A stretch of 64,000 bases of DNA, from assembly GCA_951406725.2 (NCBI GenBank), contig OX597833.1, positions 20,212,001-20,276,000 on the forward strand, written 5' to 3'. The DNA is from Octopus vulgaris. Lineage: Eukaryota. The translations under genes were made by a program, and so were the position numbers. Numbering within the stretch: position 1 is the stretch's first letter; every line of letters starts with the position of its first letter. The notes under the pieces are model-generated. The model made no database searches, was not told where the DNA came from, and worked only from the letters and a program-made list of their open reading frames with translations. This document shows positions 51,034 through 63,770 of this stretch, piece by piece.

Positions 51034-51264
51034 AGGTGGCGAGCTGGCAGAAACATTAGCATACTGGGCGAAATGTGTAGCCTTATTTCATCTGCCGTTA
51101 CGTTCTGAGTTCAAATTCTGCCGAGGTCGACTTTGCCCTTCATCCTTTTGGAGTCGATTAAATAAGTATCAGTTATGCACTGGGGCCGATATAACCGACT
51201 TAATCCATTTGTCTGTCCTTGTTTGTCCTCTCTGCGTTTAGCCCCTTGTGGGTAGTACAGAAAT
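51034..51264 (+). mobile_element. SINE family B with ~21-bp TSD
   Basis: AGGTATA(T/C)ATTATAACAGGAA on both sides. Confidence 0.9.
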
Positions 51265-51729
51265 AGGTATACATTATAACAGGAAGTCTGCAGTCTGCTG
51301 TCTGTTACTGCAACAATGAAGAATACGAAGATGGGTGACGACTGGTTGAAGACAGCTGTGAGACAGGGTGTTGTCTGGTCAATGGCAGCTGGTCCAAAGA
51401 TGACAAAGAGTGGGAGAAACTGGTGTTTATATAACCATGGCATGGCTCCATGGGCAAAGATGATTTTACCTGAGTTGGGGACAAACTGTTGCAAATACCC
51501 AATTGAACAGTTAAAATCAACCAATACCTGCAACTAATTTGGTCAACAATGGGGTCATGTGACTTGATGATAAGAAAAGCTTTGGTGAGCCTCATTTCCA
51601 GTATTTAAGCTTAAACAGCCACATTGGCAAGATGTTTAATTTTACAATAAAATGAATGTATTAAACAGTTCTGCTACGTCATCATCAGATGGTTATCTGT
51701 AATATGGATTGTCATACAGATGGCTTACC

Positions 51730-52593
51730 TTTTACTTGCTTCAGTCAGTGGACTGCAGTCATGCTGGGGGCACTATCTCAAAGGGTTTTAGTTGAACAAA
51801 TTGACTCCAGTACTTATTTTTTAAAGCTAGGTATTTATTATATCAATCTCTTTTGTCAAACCTCTAAGTCACAGGAATGTAAACAAACCAATACCACCTG
51901 TCAAGTGGTGGTGTGGGATGGGGGACCACACACGCGTACACACACGCACACACACACACATGCCCATACACTCGCACGATGGCCTTCTTTCAGCTTTCGT
52001 CTACCAAATTTCTTTTTGAGGCTTTAGTCAAGCTGGAGCTATAGTAGAAGAGAATTGCCCAAGGTGACATGCAGTGGGATTGAACCCAAGACCACATGGT
52101 TGGGAAGCAAGCTCCTTTTCCTCCAGCCATGCCAGCGCCTACCTGTTATAAAAACCAAAAAAAGAAAGCAAACATTTGGCAGTTTATCATATCTATACTC
52201 TGTTACTTGTTTCAGTCATTTGACTGCGGCTATGCTGGAGCACCGCCTTTAGTTGAGCAAATCGATTCCAGGATTTATTCTTTGGAAGCCTAGTACTTAT
52301 TCTATCGGTCTCTCTTGCCGAATCGCTAAGTTACACGGACGTAAATACACCAGCATCGGTTGTCAAGCGATGTTGGGGGGACAGACACAGACACACAAAC
52401 ATATACACACACATACATATATATACATATACGACAGGCTTCTTTCAGTTTCCGTCTACTAAATCCACTCACAAGGCTTTGGTCAGCCCGAGGCTATAGT
52501 AGAAAACACTTGCCCAAGGTGTCACGCAGTGGGACTGAACCTGAAACCATGTGGTTTGTAAGCAAGCAACTTACCACACAGCCACGCCTATGC
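51730..52593 (-). mobile_element. Two tandem SINE family A copies (51730-52140, 52197-52593)
   Basis: Homology to other copies. Confidence 0.85.
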
Positions 52594-53760
52594 CTATCAC
52601 AGCCATTCTACTATTATAATTCCATTCACATCTCGGATGCATTAGAAAATATAAATTGGTCATAGTAACTTGAATGGTGCTTTATTTTATCAGTTACAGA
52701 AGGACGAGAAAGATTGTGGTTTCGATTCCTGGACCGGGTGGTGCATTATATTCTTTAACAAAACCCATCATTTCACGTTGCTCCATGTTCACTCGGCAAT
52801 AAATGAGTAACTCTGCGGTGAACTGGCGTCCCGTTCAAGTGCAGTGTTGTTATCTCGGGATACGTCGTGGAAAACGGGTGACTGGCCTATGAGTCCTATG
52901 CCTTGAAACGGTAATATCCAGGGGTTACCATCATATTTTACCTTTACAAAAAGACAAAAGGCAAGGTTCTGGCAGTTTTGTGTTAGAAAATTCTTTAAAG
53001 GCTAAATAACTTAGTTATAGATAATGATAACTTATTTGTTATATGAATACCTAACTATTAAGTTTTAATGTTGCAACAATGAAAATATGTAGCGAAAAAG
53101 AACGTCGATCAGATATATTGGGCATCAGTTATGTATGGGAGATAACTCTTCGTGACTTCATTGATTATGAGTGTGCATCTATTGATTTCCCTTGGCCAAC
53201 CTTAAGAAGGAAGTGACACAGCTGAAATAACAATCTAGATTCCCCTCTCCTTTACACACACACACAAACACGCACACACACACATCTATGTGTGTGTATA
53301 TAAGTATATATCACACACACTCAAATAACATGGCACATTTCTATCAATTTCTACTTACATTTCCAAGCACTATTTTATTGCATATTTATTCAATATTCCA
53401 GTATTATTTTATTGATATTAAAGTGACAAGCTGGCAGAATTGTTAGCATGCCGGATAAGATGCTTAGCGGCATATCACCTGTTTTTACATTGTGAGTTCA
53501 AGTTCCACCAAGGTCGACTTTGCCTTTTCTCCTTCCAGAGTCAATAAAAAAAGTACCGGTCTAGTGCTGAGGTTGATGTTGTAGCATGCCTGTACTAGCA
53601 TTAGTTTAAAACATACATTTAAATCACAAAATAGACTCAAATGACACTGTAAATTTACAGCTCTATTCGATCTGTGATTATCTGAATAAACAGGCTCCCT
53701 CTACTACATCCAAACAGTCTCCCTATTATGTCCAATTGTCACTTATATAATGTGGCAGTG

Positions 53761-53894
53761 AGGTCGACTTTGCCTTTCATCCTTTCGGGGTTGATAATAT
53801 AAAGCACCAGTTTCGCACTGGAGTCGACTTAATCCCTTTGTCTGTCTTTGTTTGTCCCTTCTGTGTTTAGCCCCTTGTGGGTAGTAAAGAAATT
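53761..53894 (+). mobile_element. 5'-truncated SINE family B with 18-bp TSD
   Basis: TTATATAATGTGGCAGTG on both sides. Confidence 0.88.
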
Positions 53895-53986
53895 TATATA
53901 ATGTGGCAGTGTCCATGTTTAATTGAGTTCCTTTCCTCTGTTTTTCTAAGGACTCCTGACTTGTAGTTTGGTGCTATCACATTTGG

Positions 53987-54724
53987 AAGGGAGGTGTGTA
54001 GCATGTGATCATCTCATCAATAGTGACTGAAAAAGATGAGCGGAGAATCTGCATCAAATTTTGCCAAAAGCTTGGCAGTATCTGCTCAGAGACCTACATA
54101 AAATTTTCAAAAATTTTTCATAATTCTCGACAAAATCAAGATCTTGTGCAACTGAAACCCGAGTGTCATTTTGGTCAGCTGAAAGCAGTTTTGGCACAAA
54201 CTTGCCAGACAAGCGTCTCATACCCAAATCTTCCGTGATAATGGACTGAACTGAACCATAACTAATCTGCCCATCCTCTGATAACACACAGATGGTGATT
54301 TGATGATTTTCCCTCACAACCGCATGCATATCTGTGATGTTTTTCTCAGTTCTGCTGGTTGCGGATCTCCGAGAATGTTTGCCAATATCGACATTTTTTC
54401 AGCCATCTTGGAAAATCTGAACCATTGTATACACTTGTGTGCAGCTCATACATGCCACTCCATACATTTTCTGTAAGTTTGCGTAGGCCTGAGCAGATAT
54501 TGCCATGACAACTTTCTCTGTCGTGGTCAATGCAACAATCACATGCTACACACCTTCCTTCGAAGCACTATTGTAAACAGCGGAAGTGAGCTAGAATGTT
54601 AAAACTGACTCCACATGACATGCACAACAGAGTTCAAGGTCAATCTGTGCCAAGCAGCTTCACTCACCATGCTTTAGCTTCATTATTATAGCAACAGTCC
54701 GGATACTTGTTGATCAGACCTCAC
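53987..54724 (-). pseudogene. mariner 5' remnant with an inverted second 5' piece
   Basis: ISYGSVQSIITEDLGMRRLSGKFVPKLLS on minus; ERRICIKFCQKLG on plus; TIR-like GAGGTCTGATCAACAAGTATCCGGAC. Confidence 0.8.
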
Positions 54725-54773
54725 ATGTGTGTGTGTGTATATATATGTGTGTGTGTGTATGTGTATATATATA

Positions 54774-54806
<33 letters not shown>

Positions 54807-55702
54807 TGTTTATGTGTGTATTTGTGAGTGTGTCTGTGTCCTCCCACCATCCGATGATGGTGTGTTTACATCCCTGTAAGTTAGCAGTTTGGCAAAAGAG
54901 GACCGACAGAATAAGTACTAGGTTTACAAAGAATAAGTCCTGGGCTCAATTTGTTTGACTAAAGGTGGTGCTCCTGCATAGCCGCAGTCAAATGACTACA
55001 ACAAGTACAAAAAAAAGAATATTGTTATATGCATAGCAACCAGTGAGATTTGAATGTTTGATTTTAATATGCTCCAACAGATTCTAACAAATATGCTAAT
55101 TGCTGTTGGTCTCATCAAAGGAGAACAACTTATCCTTTACGACGACTATCTGCTCATAACACACTCAATTCATTAGTACAAGTGATTCTAGGACATTGAT
55201 GTTGTGGACATGTCGTGTCTTGTCAGCTGGAAATACCCAGATCAATGAATCATTAATTCACATGTTGAAACACTGGTCTCCAAGAATTCCTAGTACAATT
55301 GAATCAAATGTATTATAAACATATAGACATCATAAAGAAGCTGTTCTCCTGTGGCAGCCACAACGTTTAGCATATTTGCATTCGAATCAACCAGAGCATA
55401 CAACGAATAGTCATGCAAGTCAGCATTTCAGTTACATTCCTTTCTTGGGACTGGCATGAAGTTCTCAACTTCTCCATCAATAATGTCCCATTTGAAAAAG
55501 TCATTCTTTTACGCTTTTGCTTGTTTCAGTCATTTGACTGGCCATGCTGGAGCACCACCTTTAGTCGAGCAAATCGACCCCAGGACTTATTCTTTGTAAG
55601 CCTAGTACTTATTCTATCGGCTTTCTTTTGCCAAACTGCTAAGTTTGAGAGGAGTAGTTGGTTGGTTGGCTGGTTGGTTGGTTTGAGTAGTTTGTGAGGA
55701 TA

Positions 55703-55935
55703 AGGCGGCGAGCTGGCAGAATCGTTAGCACGACGGGTGAATTGCTTTGTGGTATTTTGTCTGCCGCTCTGTTCTGAGTTCAAATTCCGCTGAGGTCGAC
55801 CTTGCCTTTCATCCTTTCAGGGTCGATAAATTAAGTACCAGTTACGCACTGAGGTCGATCCAATCGACTAAATCCCTTTGTCTGTCTTTGTTTTTCCCCT
55901 CTATGTTTAGCCCCTTGTGAGCAATAAAGAAATAA
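55703..55935 (+). mobile_element. SINE family B
   Basis: Full length. Confidence 0.88.
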
Positions 55936-56423
55936 CAAACTTCTCTCCGAGTTCCTAAGTTAAAAACAATTACTGTTGTTCAGTTTTATTTATTTATTTT
56001 ATTTTTTGTATTTTTTTCTTATTGAATTTTAAATATTTTAATAAATATTCTGATGGTAAATACAAGACATATTGGTGAAAAATCTGTTGGAATTCTGTTT
56101 TAAACAACAATGTTCTGTCGCTTTAGAAGACAAACCAGTTTTGTTCATATTTTAACAAGCAGAAATAATGAGTTCTTTTCTATCACTTGACAGAAATACA
56201 GAGTAGAACACTGATGCAAAGACAGACATCACACACACACACACACACACACACATAAACATATTTGCAATCACACATGTTTTTCCACGGAGAATGAGAG
56301 AGGGGGAGTCTGTGAATGTAAGAGACAGAGTAGTGACTAATAGAGAGTAGTTTGTAACTAAGGAAGAAAGAGTGTGTGAATGTAAGAGGAGAGTATAGTG
56401 TGTGAATGAGAGAGTAGGATAGC

Positions 56424-56720
56424 ACAGGCCCCATGACTTTCGGAAACATTTTTTCATGCTAAGAGTTGCTGAAGCATGGAACAAACTGCCAGCATCAGTT
56501 GTTAGTTGTCGGAGCACTGCATCCTTCAAAACTTTCATGCTTCTTGAGATTCGCCAACACTACAGCTGATTTTCTCCCCTCCATACACACGCAAACATGT
56601 ATCTGACTCATACATTGTTCGCTTTCCAGACATTTGTACATTACTGCATACACTTTATACGCACTTTTGACAAGTTGTGGGGTACCTGAGCACTGTATAC
56701 AATAATTTCACTATTATTAT
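56424..56720 (+). mobile_element. CR1-like LINE 3' end
   Basis: HDFRKHFFMLRVAEAWNKLPASVVSC...; (ATT)n-like tail. Confidence 0.8.
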
Positions 56721-57101
56721 TTTTTAAATAAGAGAGAGGGATTGAAAGTGTGTGAATGTATGTGTGTGTGAGAGAGAGAGAGAGATATCATGTCCAGCTC
56801 GGGACAGTGCAGGTAGGCAGAGCTGTTGGAGCTTAAGATGAGATAACTTACTGTATCTGTGTTAACACTTTACATTCCGACAGCAACCCCTCTGACAACA
56901 CCAGTGCCAAGCTATTTACTTGAATTTTTTGTTGAACAAGGTCAGTGTCATGGAAAGAGTAGGGGACTTGTATGTACAAGCAACTGTTCGTTTCCATTAA
57001 AAACAAAACAACCCCCCCCCCCCCTGCTGACCAGGTATTGGGAAAAGAACTTTTCAATGCTGATCTATGGACTCACAACACATATGAAACTTTGAAATAT
57101 A

Positions 57102-57295
57102 TGAGGGGGTGCTGAAAAGTTCCTGGCTTTAAGGGTATTATGAAAGGCCTGGTTGGAGGCCCAACCTGCCAAGTTCTTTTACAGGGCTTAAAAAACTGAA
57201 GGGCCACTGCAATAAATGTGTGAATCAGAGGGGAATATGTTGAATAAAATCATATTTTTTTTACCCAATGCCCAGAAATTTTCAGCAGCCCCTTG
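57102..57295. mobile_element. mariner-type MITE
   Basis: TA-TGAGGGGGTGCTGAAAAG ... TTTTCAGCAGCCCCTTG-TA. Confidence 0.75.
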
Positions 57296-57559
57296 TAAGT
57301 CAATTATTTGTTTGGATCTAAAGTTGGTAGTGTCATGTAGCTTCCTGATGTTGAAAAGGTTCCTCATTGACTCACATTTCCATTTCTATCCGTCTATATA
57401 GCAGTATAGTAAAAAAGATGAAAGAAGATATTGGAAAAGATGAGCCAGAATGCAACCCATCTATCACCTGTATTTATGATGAAGGACTTAGATTTCAGCT
57501 CTATAACAACCTGAGCCATCATTTTTGTAAATTACTGACTTTGTGGGCAACCAAACTTT

Positions 57560-59050
57560 GAGAATAATCCACAAAAGATCCGTTTATGGTTCTAGATGCA
57601 CAGAGTCACAAGTACAATAAATAGGTCCTGGCATAGCTCTCTCTATTTTTTCTGAAGACGTCTTGCAAAGATCATATTGCTTGTGCCTCAGTCCATGTCC
57701 AAGTTGCATTGTGACACAGACATGATAAGCCTGACAATCAACATCCAGAAAATTGAAGTCATCTGCCAATAGCACACTTCATCTCTCTCTCTCTTTCTTT
57801 CTTTCTTTTTCTTTCTCCCTACTTTCTTAGTGCAATAGCAACAATTAGCCAGACCCTGCCAATTCAGATTCCCAAGCAGTGTCATTCCCAATGACTGTAC
57901 ACTAGACAAGAAGATTCTAAACTGCAACAAGCCTCTGTGCCTTTTGGGAGGCTCAACAGTCGAGTTTTATTTGCTTAGCAATCATCTCAGCCTCCATACC
58001 AAGAGTTCTTGTCATCATTTAACATCCATGTTCCATGCTGGTATAGGTTGGATGGTTTGACAGGATATGATGGACCCAAAGACTGGATTGTGCACCAGTG
58101 TCTGCTTTGGCACATTTTCCACAGACAGATGCCCTTTCTGGTGTCAACTACTTTACAGCATGTACTGGGTTCTTTATTCATGCAACCCACACTACAGATG
58201 CTACCCTGCAGCTTGCAAAGGCATCCTGTATATCCATTTTTCTGTACAGATGTGGGACATCGACCACATACAATCAGACACAATAACACTATGGAGCTCT
58301 TTAACAACCACTGATTCAAGAAGATCCTTTCAATTATCTAGCAAGATATGATATTGAACTGTACTACCACTCCATTGGTTATGGCAACAAAGGTTCCAAT
58401 TGACCTGATCGATGGAACATTCTGCTTGTGAAATTAATGTGCTAGTGTCTGAGCACTCCATAGACATATATACCCTTAAAGGGTATACATGTTCTCTAAA
58501 CAGGCCAAACAACATTATTATAACACAGGAAATTTCAAATAGTTAACAACATATCTGACATCCATTTAAAGCAGTGATTCCCAAACTTTTTCAGGCTGCT
58601 GCCCCCTTTAAGGGAGATCCAGCATGATACAGATTGTGACAAAGCCAGCCCTTAGATATACAGGTATAACTAATTTTTGTCGGCTGAGTGGACTGGAGTA
58701 AGGCATTTTACTTCATGTTGCTCCAGTCCCCTGAACAAGATATGATAAGCCTACAGAAATTTATCAGAATCAGCAATGAATCCAAACGATACAAGGCACC
58801 AGCTGAGATGGCATGGACATGAAGTACCTATGTGTGACTAATCTCTTCCTCACAGGATACCCTATATTTAGTTGCACCAAGGAAATGCCAGGTAGTGTGA
58901 AGCAATGAGGAGAATGAAAGAGCAGCTGTAAGACCACTCTGAAGAGAAACAACATCAACTCTTTAAGAGTGGGAGATATTGCTACCTGCCGTTGACAATA
59001 TTGAAGAGGATTGAAGATAATGAGTTGGAAAGGTTCCCCATTGACTCCCA
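57560..59050 (+). pseudogene. Highly decayed RTE-clade LINE RT fragments interrupted by SINEs
   Basis: SVIPNDCTLDKKI...PFGRL and HQLRWHGH...LPHRIPY motifs, typical of the RTE C-terminal half. Confidence 0.6.
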
Positions 59051-60231
59051 CTTCCCTTTGCATCCTTCTGTACAGCAGAGAGATAACATGAATAAAAAAT
59101 ATATTGGAACCAGATGAGCCAGAATACAACCAAGTCTACCTCCTTTCTATTTATGATGTGCTACAAGGAGAAGCAAGAAAAGAATCAAGCATGCAGGGTG
59201 GCACCTGACTCCCTTCAAATCAAACATTTACATGTCCCACCTATGACCAAAGCTGTACACAACAAAGAAACTGGGGTGCACAGTCATGAAATTATCCACA
59301 AATAAAAGATGCAATGGTCACCATCAGATTCAATGGACACCTATAAGTACATTATATCATCATCATCATCATCATCATCATCATCTTCATCATCATCATT
59401 TTGTGTCTGCTTTCCATGCTGGCAATGGTTAGACAGTTTGTCTGGAACTGGTAAGCTGGAGAGCTGCACCAGGTTCCAATCTTTCATGGTTTCTACAACT
59501 AAATGCCCTTCCTAATGCCATTCACTCCAAGAGTGTAATGTATGTATATAAATATATGTCCACAGAGTACTTCCATAGCATCAGTACCAGCATCCATTCG
59601 GTCAAGTTTAGTTATAACAGCCAAAGTAAATTGACCTTCAGGATCAACTTCATAAATTGTAGGAAGTTAGATTTAGAGAATCCGGTAAAACTCATGGTAA
59701 GCACTCCAGCTGAGTAACGAGCTATCAGGTCACACAGTAATTAAATTACAATGTAATCTAATATGACTAAGTATCTGGAAATCCAGGATTCACAAATGGT
59801 AATATTTCCACTGTTGTGGAGAGTATATATGTAAAGAGAGAAAGGAGGAGGGGAGAGCAGTGAAATAAGTATACAAAGGGATTAGTTCCTTCCCCCCTAC
59901 CTTATTTGACTATTCCCCTAATCATCCGCAGAGTTCCCTAAACAGGCCAAACAACATTATTATAACACAGGAAATTTCAAATAGTTAACAACATATCCGA
60001 CATCCATTTAAAGCAGTGGTTCCCAAACTTTTGCAGGCTGCTGCCCCTTTGACACTGAGGCAACATTCCTAGCACCCCTGCCCAAACATAGACCTCTTTC
60101 TGAAGCAAATTCAAAGCAACTGTATTTCTCAAGTAAAACCTAATGAACCCATTATTTTGCTCTTTTTACATGAATCGCCACCCTAATATCACCCCAATTT
60201 TTACATGAATTGCTACCCCATCATCGCCCCA

Positions 60232-62743
60232 ATTGTCTTCGTATAATCATGTCCAATTTCACTAACGCCACCTTAGCGGGTATCACCTGTGTCAGCCTGT
60301 AGAACAGACTAGGCAGGTAATATTGTTGTAACATCAGAAGCTTCTGACGGGGCTTTAACGGTGTCCGGCATAGTTCATTTATGCATCGCGTTATGTCTTC
60401 ATCTGATGTTTCTCTATTCTGCGTCGACCAGGGCCAAACCCTAATCCCTAAGTATGGCACGCTTTCATCCGGCTCAACTCGTGGCAATGGGCATCCATCG
60501 AGCATCGGCGGCGATGATACATTGACAAGAAAAGATTTTCCCCAGTTCCGAATGGAGAACCACGCGCACTTGGAAACGTTAATGGAGAGCCCCATCGCTT
60601 GGTAGAACTCCGAACACCGATCTAAGAGGCACTGTAGACCCCGGCTAGAGCCGGAGACTAGCACTAAGTCATCCGCGTAAGCGAGGCCCGCCACAATCGC
60701 ACCTCCGACCTGCAGACCTATATTTGCGGGCAGGATGTCCAGCAGTGGATCTGTAGCGATGTTAAAAAGGAGCGGTGATAGGGCGTCTCCTTGTCAGACA
60801 CCGCGCTTTATCTCGATGGGCGTGCTACTCTCGGTCCCTATCATGAAGGTAGTAGTACAGCCCTCGTATAGCTGTCCTACTAATCGAATCAGGTGGTAGC
60901 CGAGCCTCCTCATGCCTGCAAAAACGAGGGAATGCAAGACAGTATCGAACGCTTTGGCTAGGTTGAAGAAGGCTATTTCTAGCCCCGGGAGTTTCGGTCT
61001 AGAGTGCGTTGCCCCTCGGGCGCAGTACAGTAGCTGGCGGAGCAGAAAGGTATTCTCGGCGCATCCGTCGGCCTTGATGAAACCGCGCTGGGCGGGGTTG
61101 AGGGGCGTGGCCCTGAGCATCCTGGCGGCAAGCATCTTAGTGTATAAGCGATACACCGCGGAGCAGATCGTAAGGGGCCGCCAGTTGGACAGGTCATTCG
61201 GGCTTCCTACCTTTTTGCGAAGGAGGATCGACCTGCCACGCAACAGAACCTTCGGAACGCGTCCTGTTAGTAGTAGGCAGTTAAATATGTTGGCGAGGAC
61301 CGCAGGGTCAACTGCCCTGACCTCTCGAGGTGTCAGGCCATCGGGGCCGGCGGCGGAGGCCGGATTCATGCTTCTACGGGCAATCTTGATCTCCTCTACG
61401 GTAAATGGACGCAAAAGCGGAGCGTTGTCGACCGCCGAGGAGGCCAGATAGGCGCTTAGATCGACCTCTGGCCCCGGTCAAGAGAGCCTGTCCCGGTAGA
61501 GCGATTCAATTTCGCTCATCGGGACAGGGCATTCGCTCTCCGAATCCTCACCCAGTATTGCTGCCATAAGTTTTCTCCGGTTTCGAGCGAACAATCGCTG
61601 GAATCGCGCATAACGTTGTACTTTCGCACGTTGTTTTGATGGTCCTGGTCCAGGCCCAGTTCCAGGGGCTCTACTCTTAGGCCTCTTACGAGCGCCCACT
61701 CGTCGCAATGCCATGTGGCCCACCCATTCCTCAATACAACTTTCGAACTCATTCCACTTCACATCCACACAATCCTCGCTGAGTGCCAAGAGGCAATCTG
61801 CAAAGGACTACGCCCAGCTGGTGTGTCCTGGTGATGCAGCTCCACTGAACGGCTCCCGCCAGTCCGAGACTTCGGGCTGTGCCGTAACCCTCGTAGCCGG
61901 TGTACTTTGTGCAGCTACAGGTACCTGTGGATTCCTCCTACGTTCACGGCGGCGAAGATCAGCACGCTTGTCGCTGATCTGTTTCGCCGTCTTATTCGGC
62001 AGCAAGGGAGCCACCGCCATGTTGATCTTTTTGCACCCAACCTCGAGCAACTCTTTCTCTTTCGCCAGGAGGATTTCGACTTCCTCCTCCGTCCAGCAAC
62101 CTCACGATGCCCGGCCCGTAGCCCGTGCGAGTTGAGCGCGCTCTTCCTTCTTGCGCGCTATTTCTTCTCTGTGAAGTTCAATCCTGCACCTGTTGGCATG
62201 CACAGGATGCCGGTGCCTAAGATGCTGCGACAGTCCCGAAGGTGTTTGGAAGGACCGGCTACACCAGTCGCACTTGTGAGGCAGTTGCAGAGAGTCCAGT
62301 GCCATTGGAACAGCGTTCCCCCTGCACTTCGCTACGTGACACCTAACTGAGTGGAGGTGGCCGCTTTCATGGCCGCAGCGACTACATCTGTAAACAGGCT
62401 TACGGTTATGCCTGTTAAGCACATGAAGCCCCCATTCAATGGGGCTAGAGAAGTGACGAGGGCAAAGCGGGCACACTACGGAGATCAATGCACATGGAAT
62501 CCCCAAGGCGAATGCCTCAGCCGACGGTTGGCAGGCCAGGTCACCATCAATAGCCTCCCCCGCGGGCGATCCGTCCTTGGAGATGCGAGGGGGAACGGAT
62601 AGGGGAAGGCTGGTGAGAGCGTCATGGTCCGCCGCGAGTTGCTCGCCATGGAGAACCAACGTGTGGAGCGCGCATTCGAGGAAAAAGCGGCTTGGTTTAT
62701 CCCTAAAAACGGTAAGTGACCAGATGCCACTTTCGGCTGACAA
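60232..62743 (-). pseudogene. R2 polyprotein: CCHH-CCHC-CCHH fingers, Myb, reverse transcriptase
   Basis: CPLC...H...H, CSRC...H...C, CDWC...H...H; WTEEEVEIL...KTAKQISDKR; AAGPDG, WRPLTI, QRGF, LAKAFDTV, GV*QGDALSP, LAYADDL, LKPRQK; one frame with four stops. Confidence 0.92.
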
Positions 62744-63020
62744 AGTCAGGGGGTCTACTTGATCACATCAAGGAGGGCGAGACCTCGCACCCGCCTTGGG
62801 GGGAAGTAGCACTTCGCCACGGCATGGGCGAATCCCACGTCGCAGCTGACCCTGAGGCCCTTCCCGGGACCTCGAGGCCATCAGTTTAGCGGCGCCTGGC
62901 TGCCGTATGAGAATATCGTTTGGTTCTAACATCATGGGTTTTCGGCAGTTTTCTCCATGAGTCCGAACCGATATTCCAGACAGACACTAGTACACCCCAA
63001 CCCCCAACGCACGCAGGGGC
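60232..63020 (-). mobile_element. R2-A-type non-LTR retrotransposon, 3'-truncated
   Basis: GC-rich block with 5' UTR, three zinc fingers, Myb and RT; no CCHC/RLE domain or 3' UTR. Confidence 0.9.
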
Positions 63021-63199
63021 CGCCCCACCTTTGGAATTTTTCACTGCCCTCAGAGGGCAATGCCACCCACTTTGGGAATCACTGGTTTAAAGAATGCATT
63101 TACACTTCTAACAAGAGCCCCAAAAACACTTCTTAATTGTTGGAGCAAAATAGTTGAGGATCTGAAGTGTCCTCTGATTGGCAACCAAGGAACAGGAAC

Positions 63200-63230
<31 letters not shown>

Positions 63231-63271
63231 AGTAAATGGTGGGGTTGTGTTAACCACACGTGGAGAAATGA

Positions 63272-63722
63272 TAGGAGAGGAAAAAATAAGGCAGAATGCT
63301 AAATTGAAAGTAAATTTTAATAAAAATGAGTGTATGAAAAATTAAAAAAGAAAAAAGAAATCTAACTGGCTTTCATTGCAAGGCAAATTTTCAAGATTTG
63401 GAAGGGGAAAAAAAAAATTTACAATGTTCTTTTCAAATAAATAACAATACATATAAACAAAAATTAATAAATACGTATACCAATACATTGTAGTGTCTTT
63501 TTGTTTATATGTATTATTATTTTTTTGAAAAAACATTGTAAATATCTTTTTTCCCCTTCCTCAATTTAAAAAAAATTTTTCCCCTTCCAAATCTTGAAAA
63601 TTTGCCTTGAAATGAAAGCCGGTTAGATTTCTTTTTTCTTTTTTAATTTTTCATACACCCATTTTTATTAAAATTTACTTTCAATTTAGCATTCTGCCTT
63701 ATTATTATTTTTTCCTCTCCTA
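63272..63722. mobile_element. Foldback element/MITE with ~150-bp inverted arms
   Basis: TAGGAGAGGAAAAAATAAGGCAGAATGC...GGAAGGGGAAAA mirrored at 63570-63722. Confidence 0.8.
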
Positions 63723-63736
63723 TATAAATATATGAG

Positions 63737-63770
<34 letters not shown>

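Larger units (their letters stand above)
60014..63084. mobile_element. hAT MITE (~280 bp of own sequence) carrying a 2.8-kb R2 insert
   Basis: TIR CAGTGGTTCCCAAA / TTTGGGAATCACTG; 8-bp TSD ATTTAAAG (60006-60013) / GTTTAAAG (63085-63092). Confidence 0.85.
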
